Part shown: in pieces, positions 8,430 to 18,094 of the stretch | How positions within the stretch are numbered: the stretch's first letter is position 1 | Layout of the letters: every line of letters begins with the position of its first letter | Assembly: GCA_964591495.1 (NCBI GenBank) | Contig: CAZQEW010000002.1 | Location: 37 to 64,036, forward strand | Direction of reading: 5' to 3' | DNA: 64,000 nt | DNA from: an uncultured Klebsiella sp. | Lineage (GTDB): Bacteria > Verrucomicrobiota > Verrucomicrobiia > Limisphaerales > SXTU01 | Translations under genes and position numbers: made by a program | The notes under the pieces: model-generated | Database searches by the model: none | Told to the model about the DNA's origin: nothing | The model's input: the letters and a program-made list of their open reading frames with translations, nothing else

Positions 8430-9866
8430 TTACCACGCGCGCTCAATGCTCCGGCGCTTCCAGAGGAACTCGAACATGTTGCCCTCGTGCGGCTGGTCCC
8501 AGGAGATCTTCATCGTGGAGACCGGCCCGATGTTCAGGCGGTCGATCTCCGCGAAGTCCGTGACGGCCTCGATGAACTTGGCGTCCTTGGTGATGACGCT
8601 TGCGGCCAGAGTGTAGCCGATCTTGTGCAGCATTTCCGACTGCGGGCAGGTGACGACGCTGGCGTAGGGGCAGAGGAACTCCTTGTTGGCCAGCGGGTGC
8701 GCAAAGCTGTCGCACAGCACGATGGTCGGCCGCATGTAGGTGCCGCCCTCGAAGACCACCTTGCGCGGGCCGTTGCGATACTTGGCCGTCACATCCGTCG
8801 CGCCGGGGACTTTCAAGCCGTCCTCAATCTGCGCGTCGATGAAGTCGGCCATCTTGAGGTTGGCGAAGCCGGAGAGCCGGGCGTTCGGGTCCTCCGCACG
8901 CGCCGGGGCAAACGGCCCGATTTTCTGCGCCAGCGCCTCGGCGATTTCAGCGGCGTATTTCGGGACGACAACGGCGGAGGCGTTGATGCAGGAGCGCCCG
9001 CCATTGTCGGAGATGGCACCGGCGATCACGTCAATGTAGTCGCGCCAGTTCTCGATGCAGTCTTCGCCGATCAGGAACTTGCTCCAGCCCGGCCCGTGGA
9101 GCTGGATGGCGGGGTTGTTGGCGTATTGGGCCATGGTGTTCTTGTCGCCGAAGATCAGCGAACGCCCGGTGGACTTGAGGATCTCCCCTGCCCCCTCGTG
9201 GTCGGTCGGATAAAAACCAAAAGCCTCCGCCGGGACACCCGCGGCGATGAACGCCTGAATGAGGCGATACGGCGTCCAGGGCTCCTCGCGGCCCGGCTTG
9301 ATTACCACGGGCGTCTTGAGCGAGATGGCGGGAATCCACAGCGAGTTCACCGCCGGCGAATTGCTTGGCATCACCAACCCCAGCGCGTGGCACGTCGGGA
9401 AGTAGCTCAGCTTCGTGCCGAACTGCTCGCCGGTGCCGGCGTCGAGGATGCCCAGATCCAGCCCGCGCGAGAGGCCGTTGAGCACGAACTTCATGTTCGT
9501 CAGCGCGAAGTGAATCTTGTCCATGTTGCGCCGGACCATGTTCCACGGCAGGCCGCTGGTGCAGGATAGGGTCTCGATGTATTGCTGCGGCGACTGCGTG
9601 TGGCCCTGGTCGCCCAGCGGCAGGGTGCCGTTGAGGAAGAGGTCGCCCGCCTTGGCGGACAGTTCGATGAGCTGGGCACAGGTGAACTTTTTCAGGGCAG
9701 AGCGGGCGGAGCTGATCTTGCCCAGGTCGCGGCGGACGATGCCGGCGTTGACGTTGGAGACCAGGGCCTTGATCTCGCCGGTCTTGTGGTCCTTGACCTC
9801 AAATTTTTCCAGCGACTCATAGTTGCGACCGAGACGGAGAACGGGCAGGTGAGGAACAGTGCTCAT
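8430..9866 (-). CDS. divergent aldehyde dehydrogenase superfamily protein
   Basis: ALDH-like length and layout. Catalytic-Cys context GGRSCINASAVVV. The position of the usual ELGG general base reads LHGPG. Confidence 0.75.
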   Translation of the reverse strand: MSTVPHLPVLRLGRNYESLEKFEVKDHKTGEIKALVSNVNAGIVRRDLGKISSARSALKKFTCAQLIELSAKAGDLFLNGTLPLGDQGHTQSPQQYIETLSCTSGLPWNMVRRNMDKIHFALTNMKFVLNGLSRGLDLGILDAGTGEQFGTKLSYFPTCHALGLVMPSNSPAVNSLWIPAISLKTPVVIKPGREEPWTPYRLIQAFIAAGVPAEAFGFYPTDHEGAGEILKSTGRSLIFGDKNTMAQYANNPAIQLHGPGWSKFLIGEDCIENWRDYIDVIAGAISDNGGRSCINASAVVVPKYAAEIAEALAQKIGPFAPARAEDPNARLSGFANLKMADFIDAQIEDGLKVPGATDVTAKYRNGPRKVVFEGGTYMRPTIVLCDSFAHPLANKEFLCPYASVVTCPQSEMLHKIGYTLAASVITKDAKFIEAVTDFAEIDRLNIGPVSTMKISWDQPHEGNMFEFLWKRRSIERAW

Positions 9867-9889
9867 AAAATAATTATTACGTGTGCGGA

Positions 9890-11062
9890 CTATTTCAGGG
9901 AAACCGCCGGCGTGGCAAGCTCTGGTTTTGTCTCCGGCTCATCGGCGAAAACCACCTTGATGCTGGTGAAGCGGTCGCGCCGCCAGTGGTCCTCGCGCAG
10001 GAGCCAGTCGCGGACGAACTCACCCACGGTCTTGCGGCATTCCTCGCGAACGAGCGCGAGGCGACGGGGGTCGGCCGCGTGCCGGGCGAGGCGCGGCGTG
10101 AGGCTGCGTTCCAGTTCGGCCAACTGCTCCGCGGCGTCGAACCGCGCCCAGCCGGCCGCCGAGCGCTTCTGCATCCGGTCCGTGTGAATCGCCGGCGGAA
10201 GCGTGGGGCGGATGGCGGGCGCGCGCACGATACAGGTGCTCCCCGAGACTTCGAGCTTCCAGGCGTCACGCAGGTTCAAGTGGTAGCGGTAGGTCACGGG
10301 CACGGAGATTTCGGAAACGGTTTTCCCGAGATAAATCATGTCCCACGCAATGGTCTTCTCGTCCGTGCGGGTCAGGGTCTCGGTGGACGTGGCGGTGGCA
10401 AGTTCCAGCGTGCCGCCGGGCGTGCGTGCCAACGTCGGCAGCGCGGACAAAAAGGTCTCGGTGATGGTCTGTTGTCGGAACTTCGCGGCCAGACCGCCCA
10501 TGCGGTCGAGAACCATCTTCGTGGCCAGGAGGATCGTTCCGCACAGCAGCAGGACCAGGGCGACCTTGACCCACCACGGTTCGACCCGCGGCCTCCGGGA
10601 CAGGGACGACGAGGGGGTTTCAGTCGGCGTGGCGGCCACCACATGAAGCGAGTCACCGCTGGCGGCCGCCGGCGGGACAAGGGCGCGCAAGTCCCTGCCG
10701 CCGGGCAGCAAGCTGGAGGATCCCTTCGCCCGCAGGATGCCTGCCCAGGTCAGCAGCGCCAGCCCCACGGGCGTTCCCGTGATGGAGGTCGGCACGCCGG
10801 CCAGCACGCCGAGCAGCAGCCCCTTGCCCGCAGCTTTACCCCAGCTGTCCCGGTGCAGGAAGCGCTGGAACAAAACCGTGGTGAGGGAGACCGAGCCGAA
10901 GCTCAGGGGGATGGTGAGCCACCAGGTCACGGCGTTCCAATCCGCGAGCATCCAAAGATTGTCCACGAACACCAACGCGGCGGCCGCGACCGGATGGATG
11001 GGGACGTCGAAACGGCGGGCGGAAGCTGGAACCGGCGGCTCGACGGGCTGGCACATGCTCAC
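9890..11062 (-). CDS. membrane protein with C-terminal DUF4230-like domain
   Basis: N-terminal hydrophobic helices, an S/P-rich linker and a further TM segment (VALVLLLCGTILLA). The C-terminal region (TITETFLSALP...VPVTYRYHLNLRDAWKLE) resembles DUF4230. Confidence 0.6.
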   Translation of the reverse strand: MSMCQPVEPPVPASARRFDVPIHPVAAAALVFVDNLWMLADWNAVTWWLTIPLSFGSVSLTTVLFQRFLHRDSWGKAAGKGLLLGVLAGVPTSITGTPVGLALLTWAGILRAKGSSSLLPGGRDLRALVPPAAASGDSLHVVAATPTETPSSSLSRRPRVEPWWVKVALVLLLCGTILLATKMVLDRMGGLAAKFRQQTITETFLSALPTLARTPGGTLELATATSTETLTRTDEKTIAWDMIYLGKTVSEISVPVTYRYHLNLRDAWKLEVSGSTCIVRAPAIRPTLPPAIHTDRMQKRSAAGWARFDAAEQLAELERSLTPRLARHAADPRRLALVREECRKTVGEFVRDWLLREDHWRRDRFTSIKVVFADEPETKPELATPAVSLK

Positions 11063-11068
11063 CCCACC

Positions 11069-11407
11069 TTACTGTGCCGGTGCAACTGGCTCAACCATCG
11101 AAGCCGGGGCCGCGGCTTCCGAAGCGGGCGGAGCAGCCGGAGCCTCCGGCGCATCGAAGAGGTCCGGTTGAACCTCCTGCCGCGGCACGGTGGCGGTGAT
11201 GGCCGCGACATCGGCGAGATTGACGGCGAACACACCGACCGGCGCGTCGTGGTTCGCGCCATCCACGACCGCGTAGGCCTTGTGCGCCTTCACGCCGATG
11301 TCGAGATACTGCAGGTAATCCCGCATCAACTGGTCGTCAGCCAGCGCCGTGTCCACGTAGCCGCTGCCATTGTTGAGGTTCTTGAGATAGACGGTGAAAT
11401 ATACCAT
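11069..11407 (-). CDS. hypothetical protein (112 aa ORFan)
   Basis: ATG at 11407 (MVYFTVYLKNLNNGSGYVD...). The stop is 6 nt before the next gene on the same strand. Pro/Ala-rich tail. The track ORF extending to 12124 is a shadow of deoC. Confidence 0.5.
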   Translation of the reverse strand: MVYFTVYLKNLNNGSGYVDTALADDQLMRDYLQYLDIGVKAHKAYAVVDGANHDAPVGVFAVNLADVAAITATVPRQEVQPDLFDAPEAPAAPPASEAAAPASMVEPVAPAQ

Positions 11408-11549
11408 GGCATGTCGGGTGTTGGGCCGTGCGCGGATCATACGGGAGGCGAGCCCAATGTCACGCCTCACCCGGAACCGTTCGCGCCGGGCCCGGGTGGC
11501 CTGCGGTGCCGCCTCGACACCCGTAGCCCCCGACGCTACGTTCACCCCG

Positions 11550-12488
11550 ATGAAAGCCTTGGCTGCCGCGCCACTCCGCGTTCCGCATTCCTCCTTCCGG
11601 GTTCCCGTCGTTCCCACCGTGGACCAGATCATGGCTGACGAGCGCGCCGCCAGTTTTGCCAAGCGCAGCATCAAGGCCGACGCCAAGCTCGCCGGGCTCA
11701 AGCTCGCGGTGAGCATGATGGACCTCACGACGCTCGAAGGCAAAGACACGCCCGGCAAGGTCGCCTTCCTCTGCCGCAAGGCCCTCGCCCCCGCCGAACC
11801 GCGCTTCGCCGTGCCGCCCTGCGCCGCCGTCTGCGTGTATCCGAACATGGTCCGGCACGCGCGCCAGTTTCTCGGCGCGGACTCGCCGGTGCATGTCGCC
11901 GCCGTGGCGACGGGTTTTCCGAGCGGCCAGTATCCCTTGCCCACGAAGCTCGCCGAGGTGCGCCGCGCCGTGGCCGATGGCGCGGACGAAATTGACATGG
12001 TCATTGACCGCGGCGCGTTTCTCGCCGGTGAGCATGCGAAGGTGTCCGATGAAATCGCCGCGACGAAGGAAGCCTGCGGCCCCGCGCACCTGAAAGTCAT
12101 CTTCGAGACCGGCGAACTCGTCACCTACGACAACGTCCGCCTCGCCAGCCAGCTCGCGATGGACGCGGGCGCAGACTTCATCAAGACCAGCACCGGCAAG
12201 GTCACGCCCGCCGCCACCATGCCCGTCACGCTCGTCATGCTCGAAGCCATCCGCGACCACTTTTTCGCCACTGGCATCCGCATCGGCATGAAGCCCGCCG
12301 GCGGCATCCGCACCAGCAAGCAGGCGCTGGCCTACCTCGTCATGGTAAAGGAAACCCTCGGCGACGACTGGCTCACGCCCGATCTCTTCCGCTTCGGCGC
12401 CAGCACACTCGTCAACGACGTGCTCATGCAAATCGCCAAGCTCGCGGACGGTCGCTACCAGGGGCCGGACTACTTCGCGCTGCCGTGA
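11550..12488 (+). CDS. deoC: deoxyribose-phosphate aldolase (long, DERA-like form)
   Basis: MDLTTLEG, ...DMVIDRG..., and the Schiff-base Lys context FIKTSTGK. Start ambiguous between the ATG at 11550 and the ATG at 11631. Confidence 0.88.
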   Translation: MKALAAAPLRVPHSSFRVPVVPTVDQIMADERAASFAKRSIKADAKLAGLKLAVSMMDLTTLEGKDTPGKVAFLCRKALAPAEPRFAVPPCAAVCVYPNMVRHARQFLGADSPVHVAAVATGFPSGQYPLPTKLAEVRRAVADGADEIDMVIDRGAFLAGEHAKVSDEIAATKEACGPAHLKVIFETGELVTYDNVRLASQLAMDAGADFIKTSTGKVTPAATMPVTLVMLEAIRDHFFATGIRIGMKPAGGIRTSKQALAYLVMVKETLGDDWLTPDLFRFGASTLVNDVLMQIAKLADGRYQGPDYFALP

Positions 12489-12543
12489 GCTGCGGGACCA
12501 CCCGTTGACAGCCCGCCGCGCCGCCGACACTGTCCGCGCCGCC

Positions 12544-13041
12544 ATGGCGCACATCCATGAGAAGATAGATTTCACGGTGGCCATCTTCGTCGTCCACGAC
12601 GCGAAGGTGCTGCTCATCCTGCACCGCAAGCTCGGCAAGTGGCTGCCACTCGGCGGGCACATCGAGCTGGACGAAGACCCGGAAATCGCCGCGCTCCGCG
12701 AAGCCAAAGAGGAGAGCGGCCTGGACGTGGAACTCGTCGGCGAACGCCCGCCCACCACCGAACCCGGCACCCGCGCGCTCATCGCCCCGCGCTTCCTCGA
12801 CATCCACCGCATCAGCGACACGCACGAGCACATCGGCATGATCTACTGGGCGCGTCCCGTTGGCGGCGACGTGACCCTCGCCCCCGAGGAGCACCACGAC
12901 ATCCGCTGGTGCAGCGCGGCGGATCTTGACACGCTGCAACCGCCCATGACCAACGCCGTGAAGTGGTATTGCCGCCAAGCCCTCGCGGAAGTGCGCAACG
13001 GCGAAAGCGGAACGCGGAAACCTAGTTCGCCGCCCACCTGA
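12544..13041 (+). CDS. NUDIX hydrolase
   Basis: Nudix box GGHIELDEDPEIAALREAKEESGL. Confidence 0.85.
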   Translation: MAHIHEKIDFTVAIFVVHDAKVLLILHRKLGKWLPLGGHIELDEDPEIAALREAKEESGLDVELVGERPPTTEPGTRALIAPRFLDIHRISDTHEHIGMIYWARPVGGDVTLAPEEHHDIRWCSAADLDTLQPPMTNAVKWYCRQALAEVRNGESGTRKPSSPPT

Positions 13042-13082
13042 CCCGCGCGCCCCATTCCGAACTCCGCATTCCGCACTTCCCC

Positions 13083-14246
13083 ATGTCCCGCCGCAAAGCC
13101 ATCGGGTTTCTGCTCACCGGCCTGAACACCCTCGGCTGCGCCTACTTCGGCAACTACGTCTTCTTCCTGCTCCAGCAGCAGCACGCCTTCGGCGACCGCG
13201 AGAACCTGCTCGTCGGTGCGCTGCACGGGCTGATCTACGTGCCCGCCGCCTGGCTGGGCGGCCGCTTCGCCCAACGGCGCGGCCTGACCGCCTCCATGAA
13301 AGTCGGCTTCGCGGGCATGGCCTGCGCCATGACGGTCGGCGGCCTGCTGCCGACCCTGGCCGGCCTCTTTCTCAGCATGGCCCTCTGGACGGTCGCCATG
13401 TGCTTCACCTGGCCCGCGCTGGAAGCCCACGCCACCCACGGCGAATCCGACGCCGGCACCCAGCACATGGTCGGCATCTACAACCTCACCTGGTCCGGGT
13501 GCGCCGGGCTGATGTATTTCGCCGGCGGCACCCTGTTTGAAACGCTCGGCCCCCGCAGCCTGTTCTGGGTGCCCGCCGCCATCTACACCGCGCAGTTCAT
13601 CGGCGTGCTCCACCTGGAGGGCCTGCCCCACGACGCGCCCCCGCCCCCGGCCGCCGAACCGCACCACCCGGAAGCCGCCGCCCTTCAGCAGCCCGTCTCT
13701 CCCGTGACCTTCCTCAAAATGGCCTGGCTCGCCAACCCCTTCGCTTACATCGCCATCAACTCCCTGCTCGCCGTCATCCCCGGCCGCGCGGCCGAACTCG
13801 GCCTCACCGTCGCGCAAAGCGGCTGGTTCTGGGCCGTCTGGCAGGCGGCGCGCCTCGGCACCTTCGCCCTCCTCTGGCGCTGGGGCGGCTGGCACTACCG
13901 CTTCCGCTGGATGCTCGCGGCGTTCCTCGCGCTCATCACCGCCTACGTGGTGCTGCTACTGGGACGCTCCTTCGCCCTGCTGATCGCCGCGCAAGTCATC
14001 TTCGGCCTCGCCACCGGCCTGCTCTACTACGCCTCGCTCTTCTACTCGATGGACGTGGGCGAAACGCAGGGCGAACACGGCGGCATCCACGAAGCCGCCA
14101 TCGGCCTGGGCATCTGTCTCGGCCCGGCGGTGGGGGCTGGCGCGCTCTGGCTCGCCCCCGCCCAACCGCACGCCGGCGCATTCGGCGTCACGGGACTGCT
14201 GCTGATCGGACTGGCGGGATTGGTGGGTCTGCGCCTGCGGCGGTAA
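13083..14246 (+). CDS. MFS-type transporter
   Basis: About 12 hydrophobic segments. The WLGGRFAQRRG loop resembles the MFS G-x-x-x-D-R-x-G-R-R motif. Confidence 0.65.
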   Translation: MSRRKAIGFLLTGLNTLGCAYFGNYVFFLLQQQHAFGDRENLLVGALHGLIYVPAAWLGGRFAQRRGLTASMKVGFAGMACAMTVGGLLPTLAGLFLSMALWTVAMCFTWPALEAHATHGESDAGTQHMVGIYNLTWSGCAGLMYFAGGTLFETLGPRSLFWVPAAIYTAQFIGVLHLEGLPHDAPPPPAAEPHHPEAAALQQPVSPVTFLKMAWLANPFAYIAINSLLAVIPGRAAELGLTVAQSGWFWAVWQAARLGTFALLWRWGGWHYRFRWMLAAFLALITAYVVLLLGRSFALLIAAQVIFGLATGLLYYASLFYSMDVGETQGEHGGIHEAAIGLGICLGPAVGAGALWLAPAQPHAGAFGVTGLLLIGLAGLVGLRLRR

Positions 14247-14302
14247 GCGGTGAAAGTTGGGCGTTGAACGTTGGCCCTTTTTGCCGGCATGCTGGCCTCA
14301 CT

Positions 14303-15094
14303 ATGTCGTTACTCGCAGGCAAGATCGGACTCGTCTTCGGCGTCGCCAACAAGCGCTCCATCGCGTGGGCCATCGCGCAGGCCTGGCACAAGGCCGGGGC
14401 CACGCTGGCGTTCACCTATCAGGGGGAACGCCTCAAGGAGAACGTCGAGGAACTCGTCTCCACCTTCGGCCCGGACACGTTGCTGCTGCCCTGCGACGTG
14501 ACCAAGGATGAGGACATCAACGCGGTCTTTGCCGCCGTGCAGCAGAAGTTCGGCAAGCTGCACCTGCTGCTCCACGCCGTCGCCTTCGCCCCGAAGGAGG
14601 CGCTCGAGGGCCGCTTCGTGAACACCACGCGCGACGCCTTCAAGATCGCCCATGACGTGAGCGCTTATTCGCTCGTCGCACTGGCGCGCGGAGCCGCGCC
14701 GCTGATGACCGAGGGCGGGAGCATCGTGGCGATGAGCTACTACGGCGCGGAGAAGGTCATCCCGCACTACAACGTCATGGGCGTGGCCAAGGCCGCGCTC
14801 GAAGCCAGCACGCGTTACCTCGCCTACGACCTGGGCACGCAGAACATCCGCGTGAACTGCATTTCCGCCGGCCCGGTCAACACGCTGGCCGCGCGCGGCA
14901 TCGCCGGCTTCAGCGCCATGCTGAAGCACTACGAACAGCACGCGCCGCTCAAGCGCAACGTGCTCCCGGACGAACTCGGCGCGACCGGCACCTTCCTCGC
15001 CAGCGACGGCGCGGCGGCCATCACCGGCCAGGTGCTTTACGTGGACTGCGGCTATCAGGTCATGGGCATGACCGAGACGCCCAAGGCCGGTTAG
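14303..15094 (+). CDS. fabI: enoyl-[acyl-carrier-protein] reductase (NADH) FabI
   Basis: Collinear with E. coli FabI: LAGKIGLVFGVANKRSIAW, SYYGAEKVIPHYNVMGVAKAALEA, NCISAGPVNTLAA. Confidence 0.95.
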   Translation: MSLLAGKIGLVFGVANKRSIAWAIAQAWHKAGATLAFTYQGERLKENVEELVSTFGPDTLLLPCDVTKDEDINAVFAAVQQKFGKLHLLLHAVAFAPKEALEGRFVNTTRDAFKIAHDVSAYSLVALARGAAPLMTEGGSIVAMSYYGAEKVIPHYNVMGVAKAALEASTRYLAYDLGTQNIRVNCISAGPVNTLAARGIAGFSAMLKHYEQHAPLKRNVLPDELGATGTFLASDGAAAITGQVLYVDCGYQVMGMTETPKAG

Positions 15095-15106
15095 TCGCGA
15101 GACCCG

Positions 15107-15757
15107 TTACTTCAGTTCCCAAACGCGGACCTCGTCGAGGTGCACCTCGTCGGCGTCCTTGCCGCCGGTGCGGAAGACCACGCCCGGCTTCTTCACGTGG
15201 AAGTCCTTGCTGGTCGCGCGCAGCGGCTCCTTGCCATCGACCTGCGCGAGCACGTCGTCGCCCTTCACCTCGAGGAGCAGTTCATACCACTTGCCCGGTT
15301 CAAAGGCACCGGTGGCCTTGGCCAGCGCCTTGTTCGTGGACTTGGGGTCGGACTTGTCGTTGTGCTCCATGATGCTCCAGCCCGCCGGGGTGATGACGAC
15401 CGAAAACAGGTGGCCCTTCTTCTTCAGCTCGCCCGGCGCGGGGTCGAAGCCGAGGTGAAACATCTTCGCGCCGGCGAAGCGGAACTTCACGAGGATCGCC
15501 GCATCCTGCAACGGCAGCGGCCGGCGGAAGGCGGCGGCGTGCTGGTCGGCGGCGACCTCACTGGCCTTGAGCACGCCGTCGGTCACGACGAGCTTGCCGG
15601 TATTGCGGTTCCACAGCTTGGGCAGCTCCTGGCCGTCGAACTTCTCCTCCAGCAAGAGCGTGCCCGGCTTGCCGAGCTTCGGTTGCAGTTCGGCGGCGAA
15701 GGCGGGGGAAATGGCGAATGCAACGACGGAGGCGATCCAAACGGCGGACAGTTTCAT
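15107..15757 (-). CDS. secreted DUF1080-like (3-keto-disaccharide hydrolase / ConA-like fold) protein
   Basis: Signal peptide MKLSAVWIASVVAFAISPAFA. The W..N.GKLVV.DGVL pattern and the terminal VHLDEVRVWELK are typical of DUF1080. Confidence 0.55.
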   Translation of the reverse strand: MKLSAVWIASVVAFAISPAFAAELQPKLGKPGTLLLEEKFDGQELPKLWNRNTGKLVVTDGVLKASEVAADQHAAAFRRPLPLQDAAILVKFRFAGAKMFHLGFDPAPGELKKKGHLFSVVITPAGWSIMEHNDKSDPKSTNKALAKATGAFEPGKWYELLLEVKGDDVLAQVDGKEPLRATSKDFHVKKPGVVFRTGGKDADEVHLDEVRVWELK

Positions 15758-15826
15758 GCTGCGAAGGCGGACGAGAGCCGGTGCCGGCGGGTTACGCGCC
15801 GGCGGGCCCGGGCGCAAACCGCTTCA

Positions 15827-17248
15827 ATGGCCGGCCCGCACCGCGCGTCGAAACCCGCACTCATGCTCACCTTCCAAGACCGTCTGCATCGCCGCGGTTT
15901 CCTGCGCGTGGGCGGGCTGTCCCTCGGCGGGCTGACTTTGGCAGACTGGTTCGCCCTCAAGTCGCACGCCCGGACTCATCCGCATCTGCTCAAGGACAAA
16001 TCCGTCATTTTTCTCTTCCAGCACGGCGGGCCATCGCAGTTCGAAACCTTCGACCCGAAGATGGACGCACCGCGCGAGATCCGGTCGGCCACGGGCGAAA
16101 TCCCAACGCGGATTCCGGGCGTCACCTTTGGTGCCACGTTCGAGCGGCTCGCGAAGCTGAACGACAAATTCTCGATCGTCCGCTCCTTCCATACCGGCGA
16201 CGGCAACCATGACATCAAGCCCGTCGTTGGGCGCGACACCCTGCGCGCCAACATGGGCACCCTCTACGCCCGCGTGGCCGGCGCGCTGCGGCCCGACACG
16301 GCGATGCCCACCAACGTGGCGCTCTTCCCCCGCGCGGTGGATCCAGCCACCGGGCCAGCCATCACGCAGTTCGGCAACTTCGAGGCCACGGGCGAGTTCG
16401 GGGCGGCCTACGCGCCGTTCGTGCCGGGCGCAGGCGGAGGCCTGCAGGCGGACATGAAGCTCAACCTGTCTCCCGCGCGGCTCAACGACCGCCGCGAGCT
16501 GCTCGCCTCGCTCGACCAATGGAAGCGGCGCGTCGAGGCCGGTGGCACCTTTGCGGGGATGGACGCCTTTCAGCAGCAGGCGTTCGCGGCGCTGGAGCGC
16601 GGCATGTCCGATGCCTTCGACCTGTCGCGGGAAGACCCGCGGCTCGTGGCGCGCTATGACACCGCACCGCTGCTGCCCAAGGTCCGCATCAGTCCAGAGT
16701 GGAAGAACCGTGAGCATTACGCCGACAACGCCGCCACGCTCGGCCGGCTGCTGCTGCTGGCCCGCCGGCTGTGCGAACGCGGGGCAGGCTTCGTGACCGT
16801 CACCACCAGCTTCGTCTGGGACATGCACGCGGACATCAACAACGCGCCGATGACCGTAGGCATGGATTACGTGGGCCGGCCCTTCGACCACGCCGTTTCC
16901 GCGTTCATCGAGGACTGCGAAGCGCGCGGCCTGCGGGACAAGATTCTTCTGGTCTGCTGCGGGGAAATGGGCCGGACGCCCCGCATCAATGCGAAGGGCG
17001 GCCGTGATCACTGGGGCGGCCTCGCGCCGTTGCTGCTCTACGGCGGCGGCCTGCAGATGGGCAAAGTCATCGGTGCGTCCGCGCGTGATGGCGGAGCGCC
17101 CGCCGATAATCCGGTGACGATGCAAAACCTCCTCGCCACCGTCATGCACACCCTGCTTGATCTCGGCGAAGTCCGCGTGATGGACGGCCTGCCGAAATCG
17201 CTGCTGGACACCCTCACTGGAAGCGAGCCGATCAAGGGGTTGGTTTGA
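15827..17248 (+). CDS. DUF1501 domain protein (sulfatase-like fold, Tat signal)
   Basis: RRGFLRVGGLSLGG twin-arginine leader. Family-typical blocks FLFQHGGPSQFETFDPK, GEMGRTPRIN and GRDHWG. The start could be 15827 or 15863. Confidence 0.88.
   Translation: MAGPHRASKPALMLTFQDRLHRRGFLRVGGLSLGGLTLADWFALKSHARTHPHLLKDKSVIFLFQHGGPSQFETFDPKMDAPREIRSATGEIPTRIPGVTFGATFERLAKLNDKFSIVRSFHTGDGNHDIKPVVGRDTLRANMGTLYARVAGALRPDTAMPTNVALFPRAVDPATGPAITQFGNFEATGEFGAAYAPFVPGAGGGLQADMKLNLSPARLNDRRELLASLDQWKRRVEAGGTFAGMDAFQQQAFAALERGMSDAFDLSREDPRLVARYDTAPLLPKVRISPEWKNREHYADNAATLGRLLLLARRLCERGAGFVTVTTSFVWDMHADINNAPMTVGMDYVGRPFDHAVSAFIEDCEARGLRDKILLVCCGEMGRTPRINAKGGRDHWGGLAPLLLYGGGLQMGKVIGASARDGGAPADNPVTMQNLLATVMHTLLDLGEVRVMDGLPKSLLDTLTGSEPIKGLV
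17142..17248. repeat. direct repeat copy A (107 bp; last 35 codons plus stop of the DUF1501 gene)
   Basis: Identical base for base to 18907-19013 (tcatgcacaccctgcttgatctcggc...ggggttggtttga). Confidence 0.95.
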
Positions 17249-17325
17249 GCCACCTTCCGCTCAGCGCGGTGGCTTAAGCGCGGCGCCAAACCCTGCGAGC
17301 TGCGGCAAATCCCTGGAGTGGGCGG

Positions 17326-18042
17326 TCAGGAGGTTGATTCTGGTGCATCAACCGGAGAAGCGCTGCGAAGGCAGAACATCGCGGTCGCCAGAAGTGGGAG
17401 CGTGATGAGCCCATGATGAACCACCAAGTAAGGTGCCGTGAGCCGCTGTGTTGGGCTGAACGGCACATGCGTAACAACCAGTATGCGGTTGACGACTTCA
17501 CCCGCGGCGGTGCTGCACACCAGCAACACCCATCCAGCGATTATACGCTGTTTGTCTGCTAGCCCTAGGCCGAACAAAAGTGGAAGCGGTCCGGCCAGCG
17601 CTATTGCGACACCCTGCTGAAACAAGTTTCCACCAAAAATACCCATGCCAAGCACACCCAGACATGCCACCAGTTGCACACACAAAAAGAGCGTCATCGG
17701 TCGCAGTGTTTTTGGCAGGCCCAGTGCCACTTGGAACCACATGCCGCAGCTGATGCTCCACGCGGCGGCGAGCAACAGCCCGCCCACGTCTTCCCGCAGT
17801 AACAGGCGAAAACAGGCCAGCAGGACCACGGCGCACACGCCCGGCAACCGAACGGATGGAGATTCGCGGCGCAAAAGGAAGGCCGACACACATGCCAGAA
17901 CCGGCGTGATGACTAGCTCCCAAGGCAGGGTCAGGGCCGCTGGGAAAGCTCGCCACCCCCAAGGCAGAACACTCGCGAGCACCGCCAAAGCGAACAGCGG
18001 CCGCCCGCACAAAACTTTGAGGCCGGTTTCTTGGGCTGACAT
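17326..18042 (-). CDS. polytopic membrane protein, unknown family (paralog 1)
   Basis: About 6 hydrophobic segments. Shares W-x-ISCGMW...LRPM and HHGLITLPLLATAMFCL blocks with the neighbouring ORF. Start taken at MSAQETG (18042); the track ORF extends to 18222. Confidence 0.6.
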   Translation of the reverse strand: MSAQETGLKVLCGRPLFALAVLASVLPWGWRAFPAALTLPWELVITPVLACVSAFLLRRESPSVRLPGVCAVVLLACFRLLLREDVGGLLLAAAWSISCGMWFQVALGLPKTLRPMTLFLCVQLVACLGVLGMGIFGGNLFQQGVAIALAGPLPLLFGLGLADKQRIIAGWVLLVCSTAAGEVVNRILVVTHVPFSPTQRLTAPYLVVHHGLITLPLLATAMFCLRSASPVDAPESTS

Positions 18043-18094
18043 GCTGGGTAGCTGACGATCCCCCAAGCTCAGGTAGTCACTAACGGCGAGCCGA

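Noticed and set aside
8409-13895. Series of long overlapping ORFs (8409-9569 +, 9881-11638 +, 11460-12839 -, 12843-13895 -)
   Set aside because: Each is antisense to a gene with clear family signatures (ALDH, DUF4230 protein, deoC, Nudix/MFS). They are GC-driven shadow ORFs.
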